A DNA stretch of 64,000 nucleotides from Negaprion brevirostris (Eukaryota), in the NCBI GenBank assembly GCA_030324005.1, contig JARDVH010000106.1, forward strand, positions 54,426,341-54,490,340, given 5' to 3'. Shown one piece after another: positions 40,555 to 53,683 of this stretch. Position numbers and translations under genes: made by a program. Every line of letters begins with the position of its first letter. Within the stretch, counting starts at the first letter, position 1. The notes under the pieces were generated by a model. That model was given only the letters and a program-made list of their open reading frames with translations. It was not told the DNA's origin and made no database searches.

Positions 40555-40830
40555 TAAGTTTATTTATTATTGTCACAAGTAGGTTAACATTATGAAGTTA
40601 TTGTGAAAATCCCCCAGTCGCCATGCTCCAGTGCTGAGAGAGAATTTAGCACGGCCAATGAACCTAACCAGCATGTCTTTCGGACTGTAAGAGGAAACCA
40701 GAGCGCCCAGACGAAACCCATGCAGACACGGGGAGAACGTGCAGACTCCGCACAGACGGTGATCCAAGTCGTTCAGAATCAAACTTAGGTCCCTGGCACT
40801 GCAAGGCAGTAGTACTAATCACTGTGCCAC
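40555..40830 (-). mobile_element. V-SINE variant, same subfamily as 39965-40218, inverted
   Basis: Reverse complement shares the ccacaatctgaaagacgtgctggttag-type core and the tail. Confidence 0.85.
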
Positions 40831-41930
40831 TATTGGTATTGAGCTTTGACAGCTTGGTCGAGCTACTGTCCACCAAGAACGTTGGGTAGATTTCTTTCAC
40901 CTCAGCCTTGTTGAGTTGAATCAGATCGACACAAATGCAAAGCATTTGGTTTAGGAACCAGACCATTCTGGAAAACCATTCAGTCGGCTTAGTGATGGAG
41001 GGGGATGACTCCCATTTTGATTATCTCGCAAGTTGCAGCAAGACCTGTTTCATGAGTGGATGTGGTATCTTCCTTGCAATGAAAAGACACGTAGGTTTAA
41101 TATTTTTCATAATGATATCCTGTATTCTGTCACCCGAGTCCAGTGAATAGCTTTGGAAAATCTATTTTGACATCCTACCCAGATCCTTGCTGGTTGATTT
41201 TCCCAATCTTTTAGATGAGGTTGACATAGGTTTTTTTTGCCTCAAGAGAGAATTCTTGGTTTGTTTCTTCTTATATTGGAACATTGCTTGCAATGTACCT
41301 TGACCTGAAACTTAATTCCTCCTGGGTTGTAGATGGCTACAGACATTGTTTTACTTGTCATGGTTCTTCATCGGACAGGATTGCTACACTTGCTCCTGTA
41401 TNNNNNNNNNNTATCCAATTTGAAATCAGTGATCTGTCCATTTGTACAAATGTCGGTATTTTAGAAAGTGTACCCTAGACCTTTCATCTTGCTCAGGGAG
41501 CATGCTCTTCCTCTTTTTGGTGAGATGGCCTTGTGTGTGAAGGTTCTCTTGTGATCCTCTGTGTATCCAGAGAGTTTTGTCTTAACCATCCCAACAATGA
41601 AAGCAATCTGCAGTGCTTGCTGAGTACTATTTGCTCCTGTAGGGCTTTTTGGTGCCATGACGCTGATATGGTTTACTGACCTCTTGAGCTTTTGTTCTAT
41701 AACACACCATTTTTGCCCCATGTGTCTTTGAATGCTTTTGTTTAATAATCTGCATCATCACTGGGCATTTCATGAACCATGGTTTGTCCTCCATTCTTAG
41801 TCTGACCTTATTTTGCTGACAAACCTCTCATTATCTAACTAAGTGTATCCCCTTCTCCAAAGTTATCTTTGGATTGCAGTAGGTCACAAAAATCTGTATT
41901 TATTTTCTCCTCCAATCACTGGTCTGTTTT
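40831..41930 (-). mobile_element. Gypsy RT N-terminus/protease/gag remnant; probably the 5' part of the element at 35890-37830
   Basis: ARKIPHPLMKQV and CICVDLIQLNKAEVKEIYP motifs on the minus strand. Confidence 0.7.
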
Positions 41931-42262
41931 TCTCCCATGTTTGCTACTAATAGGTTGACTAATGAGCTTATCAACAGCAAATTAGGGAGAGAAACAGTCT
42001 CCAATTGGAGGAGCCTTGTGTACAGAGATAGGAGAGTGTGCAGAATTTTTCATGGCCATAGGAAGTGAAGGTTTGGCAGAGCTGCAGACTAGGAAGCCAG
42101 ATTTGGGAACCTGGGGAAAACAAGATCACATTGAGCCTGGGGAGGGCAAAGTTTCAGTGGGCTTGTGGAGGGCAAGTTCATATTAGGCCCAGGAACGCCC
42201 AAGTCTCATCAGGCCTGGGGAAGGAATGGTGCTGTGGTAACTATGTGAGAATGAACGACTGT

Positions 42263-42392
42263 GGGCAGGACTTTCCAGCCGTGCTCACCCCAAAACCAGA
42301 AATTTTCATCTGAGGTCAATAGACCTTTGCATGGTTCAGCATCCCCCCCACTCACTCCACTTCCCATGGTGGGCAGGATGGGAAAATTCCCC
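42263..42392. mobile_element. MITE family A (130 bp), 3-bp TSD TGT
   Basis: gggcaggactttcc ... gggaaaattcccc; homologue of 15690-15820. Confidence 0.8.
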
Positions 42393-42469
42393 TGTGTTGG
42401 GGAGGGAATCACTGTGTGCGAGGAAGGCAGTTTTGATCTCCTCATGTGAGGAAGAATGTTTTTGCTCTG

Positions 42470-42960
42470 GAGGGAGTGTAGAGAAGGTTCACCAGACTGA
42501 TGACAGAACTGATCTGTGAAGAGAAATTGAGTCGGTTAGGATTGTATTTCAGAAGTTCAGAAGAAAGAGGAGGGATCTCATGGAAATCTGTAAAGTTCTA
42601 ACAGGACTAGACAGGGTAAATGCAAGAAGGACGTTCCCAGTGGTGGGAATGTCCAGAACCAGGGGTCACAGTCTGAGGATACAATGTAGATAGTTTGGGA
42701 CTGAGATAAGGAGAAATTTCTTCACTCAGAGAGTGGTCAGCCTATGGAATTTGCTACCACAGAAAGTAGTTAAAGTCAAAACATTGAATGTTTTCAAGAA
42801 GCAGTTAGATATAGCATTGTGGTGAAGAGGATCAAAGGGTATGGGGGAAAGCGGGATCAAGCTATTGCATTGGATGATCGGCCATGATCAGAATGAATCG
42901 TGAAGCAGGCTCAAAGAACTAATTGGCCTCCTCCTGTTCCTATTTTCTCTGTTTCTGTGT
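42470..42960 (+). mobile_element. CR1-type LINE 3' fragment
   Basis: Collinear with 28690-29170. Confidence 0.85.
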
Positions 42961-42968
42961 TTCTGCAT

Positions 42969-43039
42969 GGAGGGAGGGACGAGGAACCGCGCGCGGAGGG
43001 AGGGACGAGGGACCGCACGCGGAGGGAGGGACGAGGGAC
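42969..43039 (+). repeat. GC-rich minisatellite, 26 bp x about 2.7
   Basis: Unit ggagggagggacgagg(a/g)accgc(g/a)cgc. Confidence 0.9.
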
Positions 43040-43477
43040 TGTGTGTGGGAAGGCCACAGTGTGGCGCAACTCCTGATGGCCCAACTTCACTGGGGTCACT
43101 TCCTGCAAGACGACACATTGTTCAGTGCAAGGTAGAGATAAATATCTGAACAAGTTGCAACTTACTTGAAATAAGTCATATGAATGAAGATTTTGTGGCT
43201 CACCACTTCTGTAACCCAAGCTGCCCTGGCTGTCGGTTATGTCTCCATCGTCGGCCCCCTCTGACTGCTCCACGGCATGCTCCTCACAGGGAATCAAGAT
43301 GGGATCCAGTATTCTCCCACTCCCTCCTATTATGGGCCATCTTCTCTTGCGGAGCCAAAAGAGGAGATTGAAAGCTTGATGGCTGGAAGATTTCAAGGTA
43401 TCAGGGGTGGGGGCAATCAGGTGGTGTCTGTCAGCACGATGCCTTGGCAGGGAATGCCAGCAGGGGTGGAAGCAAGT
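43040..43477 (-). mobile_element. Possible L1/Tx1-type LINE ORF2 remnant
   Basis: Minus ORF with LLFW..KRRW...EQSEG...LFRYL spacing reminiscent of the Tx1 ORF2 C-terminal region. Confidence 0.35.
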
Positions 43478-44489
43478 NNNNNNNNNNNNNNNNNNNNNNN
43501 NNNNNNNNNNNNNNNNNNNNNNNNNNNNNNNNNNNNNNNNNNNNNNNNNNNNNNNNNNNNNNNNNNNNNNNNNNNNNNNNNNNNNNNNNNNNNNNNNNNN
43601 NNNNNNNNNNNNNNNNNNNNNNNNNNNNNNNNNNNNNNNNNNNNNNNNNNNNNNNNNNNNNNNNNNNNNNNNNNNNNNNNNNNNNNNNNNNNNNNNNNNN
43701 NNNNNNNNNNNNNNNNNNNNNNNNNNNNNNNNNNNNNNNNNNNNNNNNNNNNNNNNNNNNNNNNNNNNNNNNNNNNNNNNNNNNNNNNNNNNNNNNNNNN
43801 NNNNNNNNNNNNNNNNNNNNNNNNNNNNNNNNNNNNNNNNNNNNNNNNNNNNNNNNNNNNNNNNNNNNNNNNNNNNNNNNNNNNNNNNNNNNNNNNNNNN
43901 NNNNNNNNNNNNNNNNNNNNNNNNNNNNNNNNNNNNNCCATGATCTTATTGAATGGCGGGGCAGGCTCGAGGGGCTAGATGGCCTACTCCTGCTCCTAAT
44001 TCTTATGTTCTTATTTTCTTATAAAGCTGCTCTCTGTGTGCCATCTCTCTGTAGTGTGATTGGCTGTGTGTATTGTTAATGTTTAAATGCAGCTGCCTCT
44101 TGTTAATGGCACATAGCTGTGGCCACTTTGAGTGAATCATGTACCTGGAGCCTCTGTACAGCTTGATTCACATGGAGGCTCTTTCATTGCACTGAGTGTT
44201 GAAATATTGCGATGTGGAGCACGCCTAAGAGACCGACATGGAACACTCCTGTTTTCTTACCATTACAACACTTGGACATATTTTAGGAAAACGCTGCCCA
44301 AAATACTTGTTTGATTTCTCTGCCATTTCCTTATTCCACATTATAAATTCTCCCATCTCTGAATGTAATGGACCCATGCTTGTCTTTGCTAATCTTTTCC
44401 TTTTCACATATAGAAGTTTTTACAGTGCATTTTTATATTTCTTGCTAAATTGCTTTCAAATTCTACTTTGCTTTTCCTTATCTGTATAT

Positions 44490-44740
44490 AAGCTTACAAT
44501 TTACTGCAGTATGAAGGGAATGTTGCCCTCTTGGAGGTGCCATCATTTATTCCTCACCCAAGATTACTAAAATAGGTTATCTGGTCATTATCACATTGCT
44601 CTCTGTTGGATATTCCTGTACACAAACTGGTTGCTGTATCTCCTGCTGTATAATTGTGAGTGCACCTCACAATTGGTTGTAAAGCACTTTGGGACATCCT
44701 AAGGTTGAAAGATGCTATGTAAATGCATGTGTCTTTTTTT
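44490..44740 (+). mobile_element. Deu-domain (SacSINE1-like) SINE remnant; minus-strand partial copies near 30030-30145 and 60560-60665
   Basis: ttatctggtcattatcacattgct...ttggttgtaaagcactttgggacatcct...gctatgtaaatgca. Confidence 0.7.
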
Positions 44741-45228
44741 TAAAGAGGGTTGAAGAACAACCACTGGGTGAAAATGGGATGCTTTCAAGCAACTGGTCCA
44801 GAGTGGGAAAGGTGAAGGCCTGGGTACAGGTGGCTCAGCCTCCCTTTTTCCCATTATTGGTGCAGCCCTGGTGAACTAGGGGATAGTTAAAGTGGTTTGA
44901 TATCATGGGGGAAGAAAAATATAAGAAAATACAAAACAAATCAGTATCGGCCACTTGAAGGAAACAGACGGGCTGATGCAAAGAAATCTGAGGCAATATA
45001 TTTTGGGAGGAAAGTAAGGAAAATTTACGTATTCTGAGAAGAATATGTGACCAGTTTAGAGATTTTGATCTTTAAACTTTGATTGTACACTTCTGAAGTT
45101 GGGTTGAAATCGTGTAGATCTTACACATTTTTTCATTAAAGTAACACCAATTATGTTGAAAAATGAGGCTCAGTTACTTTTATCCCATTGTAATACGTCA
45201 CACATAATGATTCCTTTGAATTTTGCAG

Positions 45229-45454
45229 AAATCTAAGATTTCAACGTATGAAAAAATGTGGGCATTCATGAACAGTCGGAAGCAAACAGCTTTGCTGAAG
45301 AACAATGATGAGGGAATTCAACGTGTTCTCACCACTGACTATGCCCTTCTGATGGAGTCAACCAGTATTGAATACGTGACTCAGCGAAACTGCAACCTGA
45401 CCCAGATTGGTGGCCTCATTGACTCAAAGGGATATGGCGTTGGAACACCTATAG
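45229..45454 (+). CDS. GRIK1: GRIK1 S2 exon: [75 protein letters not shown](G)
   Basis: Acceptor ttgcag, donor AG|gtataa; 226 bp; in frame with neighbours; [13 protein letters not shown] and GTPIG are GluK1-type. Confidence 0.97.
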
Positions 45455-46080
45455 GTATAACAATGATCTAATATTTAAATTTTCACCTAGTTAAAAGTAT
45501 ACCGTTACTTGGGAATGGTTTCACAGGGAAACATCTGGCCATTCGTGGGTAATATAGTTGGGGGTTAAGCAGTAGATGCTTCTGCATTTAATTTTGGGAA
45601 TGGTGCAATACATTAATCAGGAGGAAGTAAAGTAGGAAGAAGGGCTCAACAGCCATTTAAATAGAGTAAAATTCTCCCAATTATGCTTTTTGTTTGAATC
45701 CAGAAATTGCTCTTGGCCAAGTAACTCTGCTGCTTTAACTAACAGAATGTAACACCATCATGATCATTCACATCCATTGCATTGCCTTCCTTGTACAGTC
45801 CATGTCACCAGCCCCATAGTTAGCTATAATTCTTGCAATAATTTGTCAGTTCAGTGTGTGGGGAAACTGTACATTTGTATAATTATTTTAATACTTGTCT
45901 TGAGTAACTGACATTATCAACTGATATTATCCAGTCACTGTTTGTATCTCGATAAACTTCAGAACCCCATATTTTATCCAACTCCTGCTTTTACTACTTT
46001 ATTTCTAACCTTGACCTCCCTAATTCTCCAAAGATTCATTGAATCAAATGTGGCTCAAAATTTTGGATTCTGGTTTCATT

Positions 46081-46207
46081 GGGTGGAATTTTATTGGTAC
46101 GTCCACCCAAGGTTCATACGATCCTACCCGAGGCCAATGGCGAATGCCATTCTCTGAGCCTCACCCGCTCCCAGAATTGGGGCATGCACACTGGTAAAAT
46201 TCTGGCC
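46081..46207. mobile_element. MITE family B (127 bp), 3-bp TSD ATT
   Basis: gggtggaattttattggt ... actggtaaaattctggcc; homologue of 16920-17046. Confidence 0.85.
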
Positions 46208-47537
46208 ATTGTCTGCCTTTCAAGTCCATGCCCCTTCACCATCCCTTCACCATCTATAGGTAAAATCGTGATATTTCAATAAAAGGAACTTAATATACAT
46301 GGTAATGGTACAATTTTCCAGATTTTCTGCAGTTAAAGGAATGAAGAGCCATCACTATTTTAATCATGCCATCCTTTAATATGTATTTATTTCATCAATT
46401 CGCTGTAGGTTACATGAATTCAGTTACTTGTCTTATATTGTTCTCAGAGTATATTTTCAGTTTGTTTCTCCCAACTGAATAAGGAGAACATTTCTTTTGG
46501 CCCAGTGACCCCCAGAGCATGTTAACATTGGATTAATATTCATCAACAGATCCTGCTGCTTTTTGGCTAATGATGCTATGTCAACAAAATTTTGTACTGA
46601 ATTTAATGGTCATCACACTGGTCCCATCCTTTGACCAAAATTCCAATGGCAATCGTGCTGTAGCCACTTCAGGGAGCTGAAAGGTCACCAGGCGATTATC
46701 TGCCTGCTATTGGAGGTCCATGCCTATTGCATTAATGGCCACTTCTGGGACTGAAGTAGCCCCGGGACCAGGAGTAGCACCAAGAGACCTATAGGAAAGA
46801 TAAGTGGGGTGTGTAGTATGATGGGCAGAATCAGAGGCTTGGGGGAGATGCAGTAAAAGGGGCTAATTCCACCTATATGATATGCGACTGAAACACACCA
46901 TCCTAGAAAGTGATTCAATGTCTCATGATTTTACTCGCCCTTGCAGACCTCATGGCAAGGAAGCTTACAGTTAGAGATGTTCCAATAAAGTAAACGTTTT
47001 CCTTACCTCAGCAGACTCTGTAAATATTCAGCATTAGCGTAATGAGATAAAAAGTGTGGACATGCTGAGTCAGCTACGTGAGCCCCAGCAAGGGGGGAGA
47101 GGGAGTGCAGAGGATCAAGGTGGAGCTCAGGTATTTCAGCATGGCCAAAAATACCAACGGCGGTGGAAATGAGGCCCTTCAATACTTTTAATTTGCCACT
47201 TAAGGGCCCCAGTTGGCCTAGGGAGGATCTTCCCCACCACTGACTTAACCAGGGAGAGTCAGGAGAGTAACAGACTGTCCACCCCATGCCTTCTTACCTG
47301 ATTTAGCAAACCCCACCCAGCTTTCTGGGAAGAATTAAATTCCACCCCTTAGTGCTGAGGGTTAGTCCATCATATTCAATTTTGCTTTGGAATTTTATTT
47401 TTAAATTATTACGATTATTTATTTTAATTGAAAACAATGAGTAAAATATGCAGTAAAACTGAATGCAGTTGCAGGTAAACACAAAGTTTTCATTTCACTA
47501 ATTACTAGAAGAAACAGAGTCAAAATTAGTGTCTAAG

Positions 47538-47593
47538 TATATATATTTTATATATATATATTTTATATATATATTTACATATAAATTATATAC
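47538..47593. repeat. Interrupted (TA)n microsatellite
   Basis: Directly visible. Confidence 0.85.
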
Positions 47594-48269
47594 TGAATCT
47601 TGTCTCCTAGCATTGCTTGGAGAAAAATTCACATTGTTAGATAACCAGTTTTCTTTAAGGTCAAATCAATTTAATTGTTTGTAGCTACTAATTATTTTTT
47701 CCTGGTAGAACAACCTCTTTATGCGCAGTCCTCGTTTTATATGNNNNNNNNNNTTTTTATAATGAAGTTAAGTATCAAAAGCATTAATTTCCAAGAGTTT
47801 ATTGTGGCACCACCATTGAAATTTCAGTCATAATTACGAGTAAAAGTGGAGTTTAATTGCATAATTGCACTTCAGTCTTTTGTAAAACGTATTGCTAGTT
47901 ATGGAAGGAATTACCATGTCCAGTTGAGAAATGAAAAGAGCAGGGAGATGAAACCGAGTTGCATCAGTAATGATGTGCTGAGATGGTCAAATGAATGTAA
48001 ATGACTTACTATTCGAACACCAATTAATTTCATATTTTTATTGATTTTAATTATTATTTTATTTGCCTTTATTCGATAACAGAATCCTTAATTGAATATG
48101 GATGTACGATGGACTAATGTTGTAAAGTGCAACTTCAACCCCTGGCTTTGGACACCCAATCTTAAAACATGACCAAAGACTGTTAAGACTTGACTTTTTG
48201 TCTGAATGGCATCAAAATGAGCTGCAATCAGGGTTGAAAGAGCAAAAATAACTCCATCCTCCGTATCTG

Positions 48270-49360
48270 CATGTATCTAACTCTGGCCTCCTGAAGATTT
48301 TTGATTTTAATTGTTGCACTGTTGGTGACTGTGCCTTCAATTGACTAGACCTGAAACTTTAGAATTCCCTCCCTAAACTTCTCTGCCTCTCTACCCCTTT
48401 TACCCTTTTAAGACGCTTGTTAAAACATGTCAGTTTGCCTTCTGCCATAAAACTGCCTTATATGGCTCATGAATCAGGGCTTCATGATTCTCCTATGAAT
48501 TGCCTGGTGATTTTTTTTATATATCAAAGACACTATATAAATTCAACCTGTTGTTAAATTGGTGAGGATGTTCCAGCCATTGCGGATCAATTTGTTTCTA
48601 GATTAGAAATTCATTCTGCTCACTGATCTATATTGGCTCACTGTGAGGCCATGCTTCAATTTTAAAATTCTCATTCAAGTTTTGATGCCCCACCATGTCC
48701 TCTCTCTCCATGTTAGCCTTCTCCAGCCTTTCAACCATCTGAGATTTCAGTGTTTCTCTATTTGAGCCTTTTCAGCATCCCTGATTTCCATAGCTCCTGG
48801 ATTGTAACCAAGCCTTCAGCTACCTTGACCCTATGCTTTTGAATTGACTCTCCAATCTACTCTGCCTCACTTTCTGGGCAGCACATGGCGCTGTGGTTAG
48901 CATTGCTGCCTCACAGTGCCAGGGACCTGGGTTCAATTCCAGCCTTTGATGACTAGCTGTGTGGCGTTTGCATATTCTCCCTGCGTCTGCATGGGTTTCC
49001 TCCAGGTGCTCCGGTTTACTCCCACAGTGCAAAAATGTGCAAGTTTGGTTGATTAGCTATGGTAAATTGCCCATTCTGTTAGGGGGATTTGTAGAGCAAA
49101 ACATGGGGTTATGGCGATAGGGCCTGGGTGGGATTTTTGTTGGTACAGGCTTGATAGGCCAAATGGCCTCCTTCTGCACTGTAGGGATTGTATGATTCCT
49201 CTTTTAAGACATTCCTTAAAGTCTATCTCTTTGGCCAAACTCCTGGTCACATGTCTTAATATCTCTTTATGAGTCTTGAGATCAAGTTTTGTTTGGTAAC
49301 ACTTCTGTGAAGTACCTTGAGATTACTCCTACTAACAGAATAAATTCAAGTTGATGTTAT
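48270..49360 (+). mobile_element. Two adjacent L2-type LINE 3' fragments, the second split by a SINE
   Basis: Repeated gccttca...gaatt..ctc...ctctgcctc...tttaagac...ttaaa motif at about 48330-48430 and at 48810-48870/49200-49230. Confidence 0.65.
48876..49198 (+). mobile_element. HE1/V-SINE
   Basis: Full-length head, V domain and tail. Confidence 0.9.
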
Positions 49361-51969
49361 TTTTCTGATATAATCTAATGTTATGATTCTTGAATTGTCC
49401 AATTTTTCTGCCATCTTGGTTTACTGCAAAATGCCAAATTATCTCCAGTTTCAATTCTTGTTCCTTTGATTTCAAAGCAAACTCAATTATGGAAGGTCTG
49501 GTTCTCTAAACTAATTGTTTAGATTAATACATTCTTGCAATTATTTCTATTACTGATTTTTTCTTAATTTGTGCAAATAATTCCACATCAATTTCTTTGC
49601 CTATAGAAGTACCTAGTTACTGATTGTATTTTCTTTGCAGCTTTCTTATTCCCAGTTGCCAAAGCTAATTATCACTTTTTAATAAATTTGAAATCCTCTG
49701 TCAATCTATCCCTTCGAATAGTCGATCCCATTTAACAATTTTGAATTTACATTCCAGTTTTAGCTGTCCCAGTGTTGGCTCTAGTTTATCAATATTGCAG
49801 TGACCTCAATCAATCATTCACCAATTTTTTTTTTCCACCATGCACATTTTCCCTCCCATAGCCAGTTTCCAAAATGTATATTTCCAATACTGGGTTGCCC
49901 ACTGGGACCATCAGTAAGATATGGGTGCACTCCTCTAAATTTTCTGTCTGTTGGATTTAATTATAATGTGGGAAGTCTGCCCACAATTTCCAAATACATA
50001 TTCCAGTGGGAGAGACTTGAAGCTGGAAGTTCTCATTTCCCACGTTCCCCTGATCTTAGTTAAAGTGGACGGCAGCAGTTCAAGAAATAGGAAGGTTCTG
50101 CATCTTGCCAATCAGATTACAATATTTCCAGGTGAAGTGAAGGGACATTTTTCATTCCTCTCCCCATTCTATAAATCTGTGCTGCTTACTTCCCAAGAGC
50201 ACCTTGGGGTACTTTACTGTGTAAGCGAGTGTTTGAGCTGCCACTCCTTGGCCTGTACAGTCTATTTTGATGGGGTCCATGGGCCATGAGTAGAACTGTG
50301 CTTCCACTGCATAATCATCACGTGGAAATTATCCTACGGGTCGTCCCTGTCCCCACATTTACTTGTAGGCTTTATCTGTCATGCCTTCATAATATATTGC
50401 TATCATAACAAGCTGCTTTGAGCAGACAGTAGAGACTTCAATTTGTCACTGTCTCCATCTACCCATTGAAATCAAAAGGGCCCATCACGTTACTTTTTTG
50501 AGCTGAGAATTGCAACTTTAACTTGTCTATCTCCCTTGGATGCGTTGTATGGTCAATTTATTTCTGACTGTTCCATGTTTTACTTATTTAAGACTTTCAC
50601 AGCAGCTTGTGAGCCATTACACCTCAGCTCGATCTCCACAATCCTCCAATTAGTTTCATCTCTTTCTCATAAGGCTCTCAGTCTCGATGTGCTTTCTCAA
50701 ACTGCGTCTGTAACTGCCTCACTTAACTATAATATTTGAACTTCTATTGTTCAGCAACTAAGGCTCTAACAAGCCATGTGTCAGTTTGCTGTTTTGCAGC
50801 AGCCAACTGCTGCTTCAGTTTACTGATCTCTGTCTCTTTCTCACGCAACCGCTTCATACAACTGGTTATTGCTGTGGTATTACTTAACTTGGAGACATAC
50901 TTCCCTTGTCCCCTATGAGCTTCTTCCCAGTGCTGCTGATGAGTGGGTCCCTGAACCCCGGAAAACATTATCAGCATATTCTACCTATTTTGGTCACTTG
51001 CCATTCAAATACTCCTGGAATATCTTCTGCCAGCTTTGTATTTCACTAACAATTTTCTATCTGCCTTTGTCCACCCACGTCATTTGATTCGACATTATGT
51101 GACCAACAAATAGGCAACTTAACCATCGACCACCAGGGACACCAAATGTTGCCCTCGTCAACTGATGCCATGGACAAAGACTCTCAAATTCTCGAATTAT
51201 TGACAACACATCTCCTTTATTGTACTCTACCAAGTTACCAAACATCAAACTTCTTTATACACAAAGTATTTAACCCCTAACTTACTTTGGTGCAAGGTAA
51301 CTAACGTCTGACCTATTTTGTAATACAAACAAGTGTTCAAAAAGTATCAAAACTTCACAAAATATCCAAACATGTGACTTCGACTCAGAGATACTACCCA
51401 TGGCAAGACAAACTGATCAGATTCCCTGCTGATGGATTTTGTTCCAACGTGTCCGAGTCTTTCACAGTAGTTGATCCCGGGTTACTGCTGCCGATGTCTC
51501 TGTGCCTCTTCTCCTTACAGAGATCGTTTTAGCACTGATCATGCTTCCAACTACATGCTTCAAGAACAACCACTATCTTTTTGTCACAAATATTGAGATT
51601 CATCCCTCTATCAGAGGGTCGTAATTCTCTCAGGAACATGACGCATGGAGATCTGTGTCCAGTCACTGACTGTTCAGACATAACAGCCATTCTCCTGTCA
51701 ATTTCTGTGTTTGTGCCATAGCCGCACATCTTGATCTTTCCTGCGCCCACAAGCTTGAGCCTGATACAAAGCGAGCTCCTTCAACCATCAGGTTTTGCTA
51801 CTATCTTGACTTCGCTGGTGATTTTATGAAGCCACATATAAATTGATTCTAATTTTCTAGATGTATGTTTATGTAAATGTATTTCATCCTTATGAAACTC
51901 TGGAGGTAGCACTGTCACACACTTCTTAGTCTTTCCTTCTGCATTAAGCTTTCCTGGTGCTCTGGAATA

Positions 51970-52265
51970 CATAAGAACATAAGAACATAAGAAATAGGAG
52001 CTGGAGTAGGCCATCTAGCCCTTCGAGCCTGCCCCGCCATTCAATAANNNNNNNNNNNNNNNNNNNNNNNNNNNNNNNNNNNNNNNNNNNNNNNNNNNNN
52101 NNNNNNNNNNNNNNNNNNNNNNNNNNNNNNNNNNNNNNNNNNNNNNNCCCCTCATTCTTCTAAACTCTAACGAGTACAAGCCTAGTTTATTCAGCCTCTC
52201 CTCATAACTCAACCCCCTCAACTCTGGTATCAGCCTAGTAAACCTCCTCTGCACTCCCTCCAAGA
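51970..52265 (-). mobile_element. CR1-type LINE 3' end (contains a gap)
   Basis: LEGVQRRFTRLIPELRGLSYEERLNKLGLYSLE; (cataagaa)n tail. Confidence 0.9.
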
Positions 52266-53382
52266 CCAAAGCCATGCAGATAAAATAACTCATCTGTAAC
52301 CATGAGCAGGCAACCTCCTTCCTACCATAGTGAAAAAGCAAAGATATTACAAGGCAAAAGTCAAATCTGTAGCACCCAGCTTTTGGGCATTACAAGTGCT
52401 CTCAAAGGTCCAAAGTAGCACGTGTGGTGCAAATGTACACTTCTGGAGTGACTCGCTGTAAACACCATTGGTAAAGATGCTAGCACGTGATGAGCATCTG
52501 CCAATTTTATGCAGAAGAGCCAGATCATGATGGCAATCAGCATATAATGCTGATTTCATGCAGGCATTGCCCAATCATAGAAACAAACCTGAATGTGGAC
52601 ATTTTGTAGCAAATAACAATCATTGGAAAACACGTTGGGCCGCATGTAAATTTGGCTCCTGGGAGGGTGGGGAGGGTATGGTGAAGGGTCATGTCTGGCG
52701 CTACCCTTGAGTGACTTGGCTTTGTTGCCAGAAATGCCCCCTGGCACAGCCCAGACACTGCCCCTGACATTACTCCTGGTACAGCCCTTTTTCTGGCACT
52801 GCCCCCAGGGGGAAGTGTCAGTGGGGACTGCTGGAAAGGGGAGACTCGGGTGGTGAGGTCCACGAGACAAGGTTACCCATGCCAGAGGGTGGGGGGTACC
52901 AGCGAGAGGAGGGTGAGTGGGAGGTATTGGTAGAGGCATGTATAGAGTGGAGGGCACATCCTTATTTCTGATTCTTGAAGGTCAAGGCACCCTTCTGCAT
53001 GATTTTTAAAATTGAGCTTCAAAAAAATCCGGCATGAAAAGCCATGATTGGAGTCAGTGGCTACCTATCACATTTCCCACCTAAGTTAACACACAGTTGA
53101 CAAATGAGAAAAATGTTTTTCGTCATTGTTCAGCCCTTTGATATCAGGAATCTGCCTCATGGCCATTCTTCACATCACCTACAACACTTGGACACCGACT
53201 TAATCTGTGTCTGCATAATGCTCTGATTAGATTACATTTTGAAACTTGATACACTGTCAAACTTGATCATGACTAAATTATAAATTTATATTTTACTCCT
53301 TACAAAGTGCAAAGTTCTACTGGCTTTGGTGATGGTCAGCGAGCAGTGCTTCAACATGTTAAACATCGACTTTAATGTACTT

Positions 53383-53683
53383 GGGCAACATGATGGCACA
53401 GTGGCTAGCTCTGCTACCCCACAGTGACCAGGGACCCAGGTTCAATTCTGACCTTGGGTGATTGTCTGTGTGGAGTTTGCACTTTCTCCCTGTGTCTGCA
53501 TGGGTTTCCTCCCACAGCGCAAAGATGTACAGGTTAGGTGGATTGGCTATGCTAAAATTGACCCTTAATGTCAGGGGGACTAGCAGGGTAAATACATGGA
53601 ATTGCAGGGTTAGGGCCTGAGTGGGATTATTGTTGGTGCAGGCTTGATGGGCCAAATGGTCTTCTGCACTCTAGGGATTCTAT
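53383..53683 (+). mobile_element. HE1/V-SINE
   Basis: Head, V domain with small deletion, tail. Confidence 0.9.

Noticed and set aside
48876-48945. tRNA-like A/B boxes
   Set aside because: They are SINE heads continuing into the V domain, not tRNA genes.
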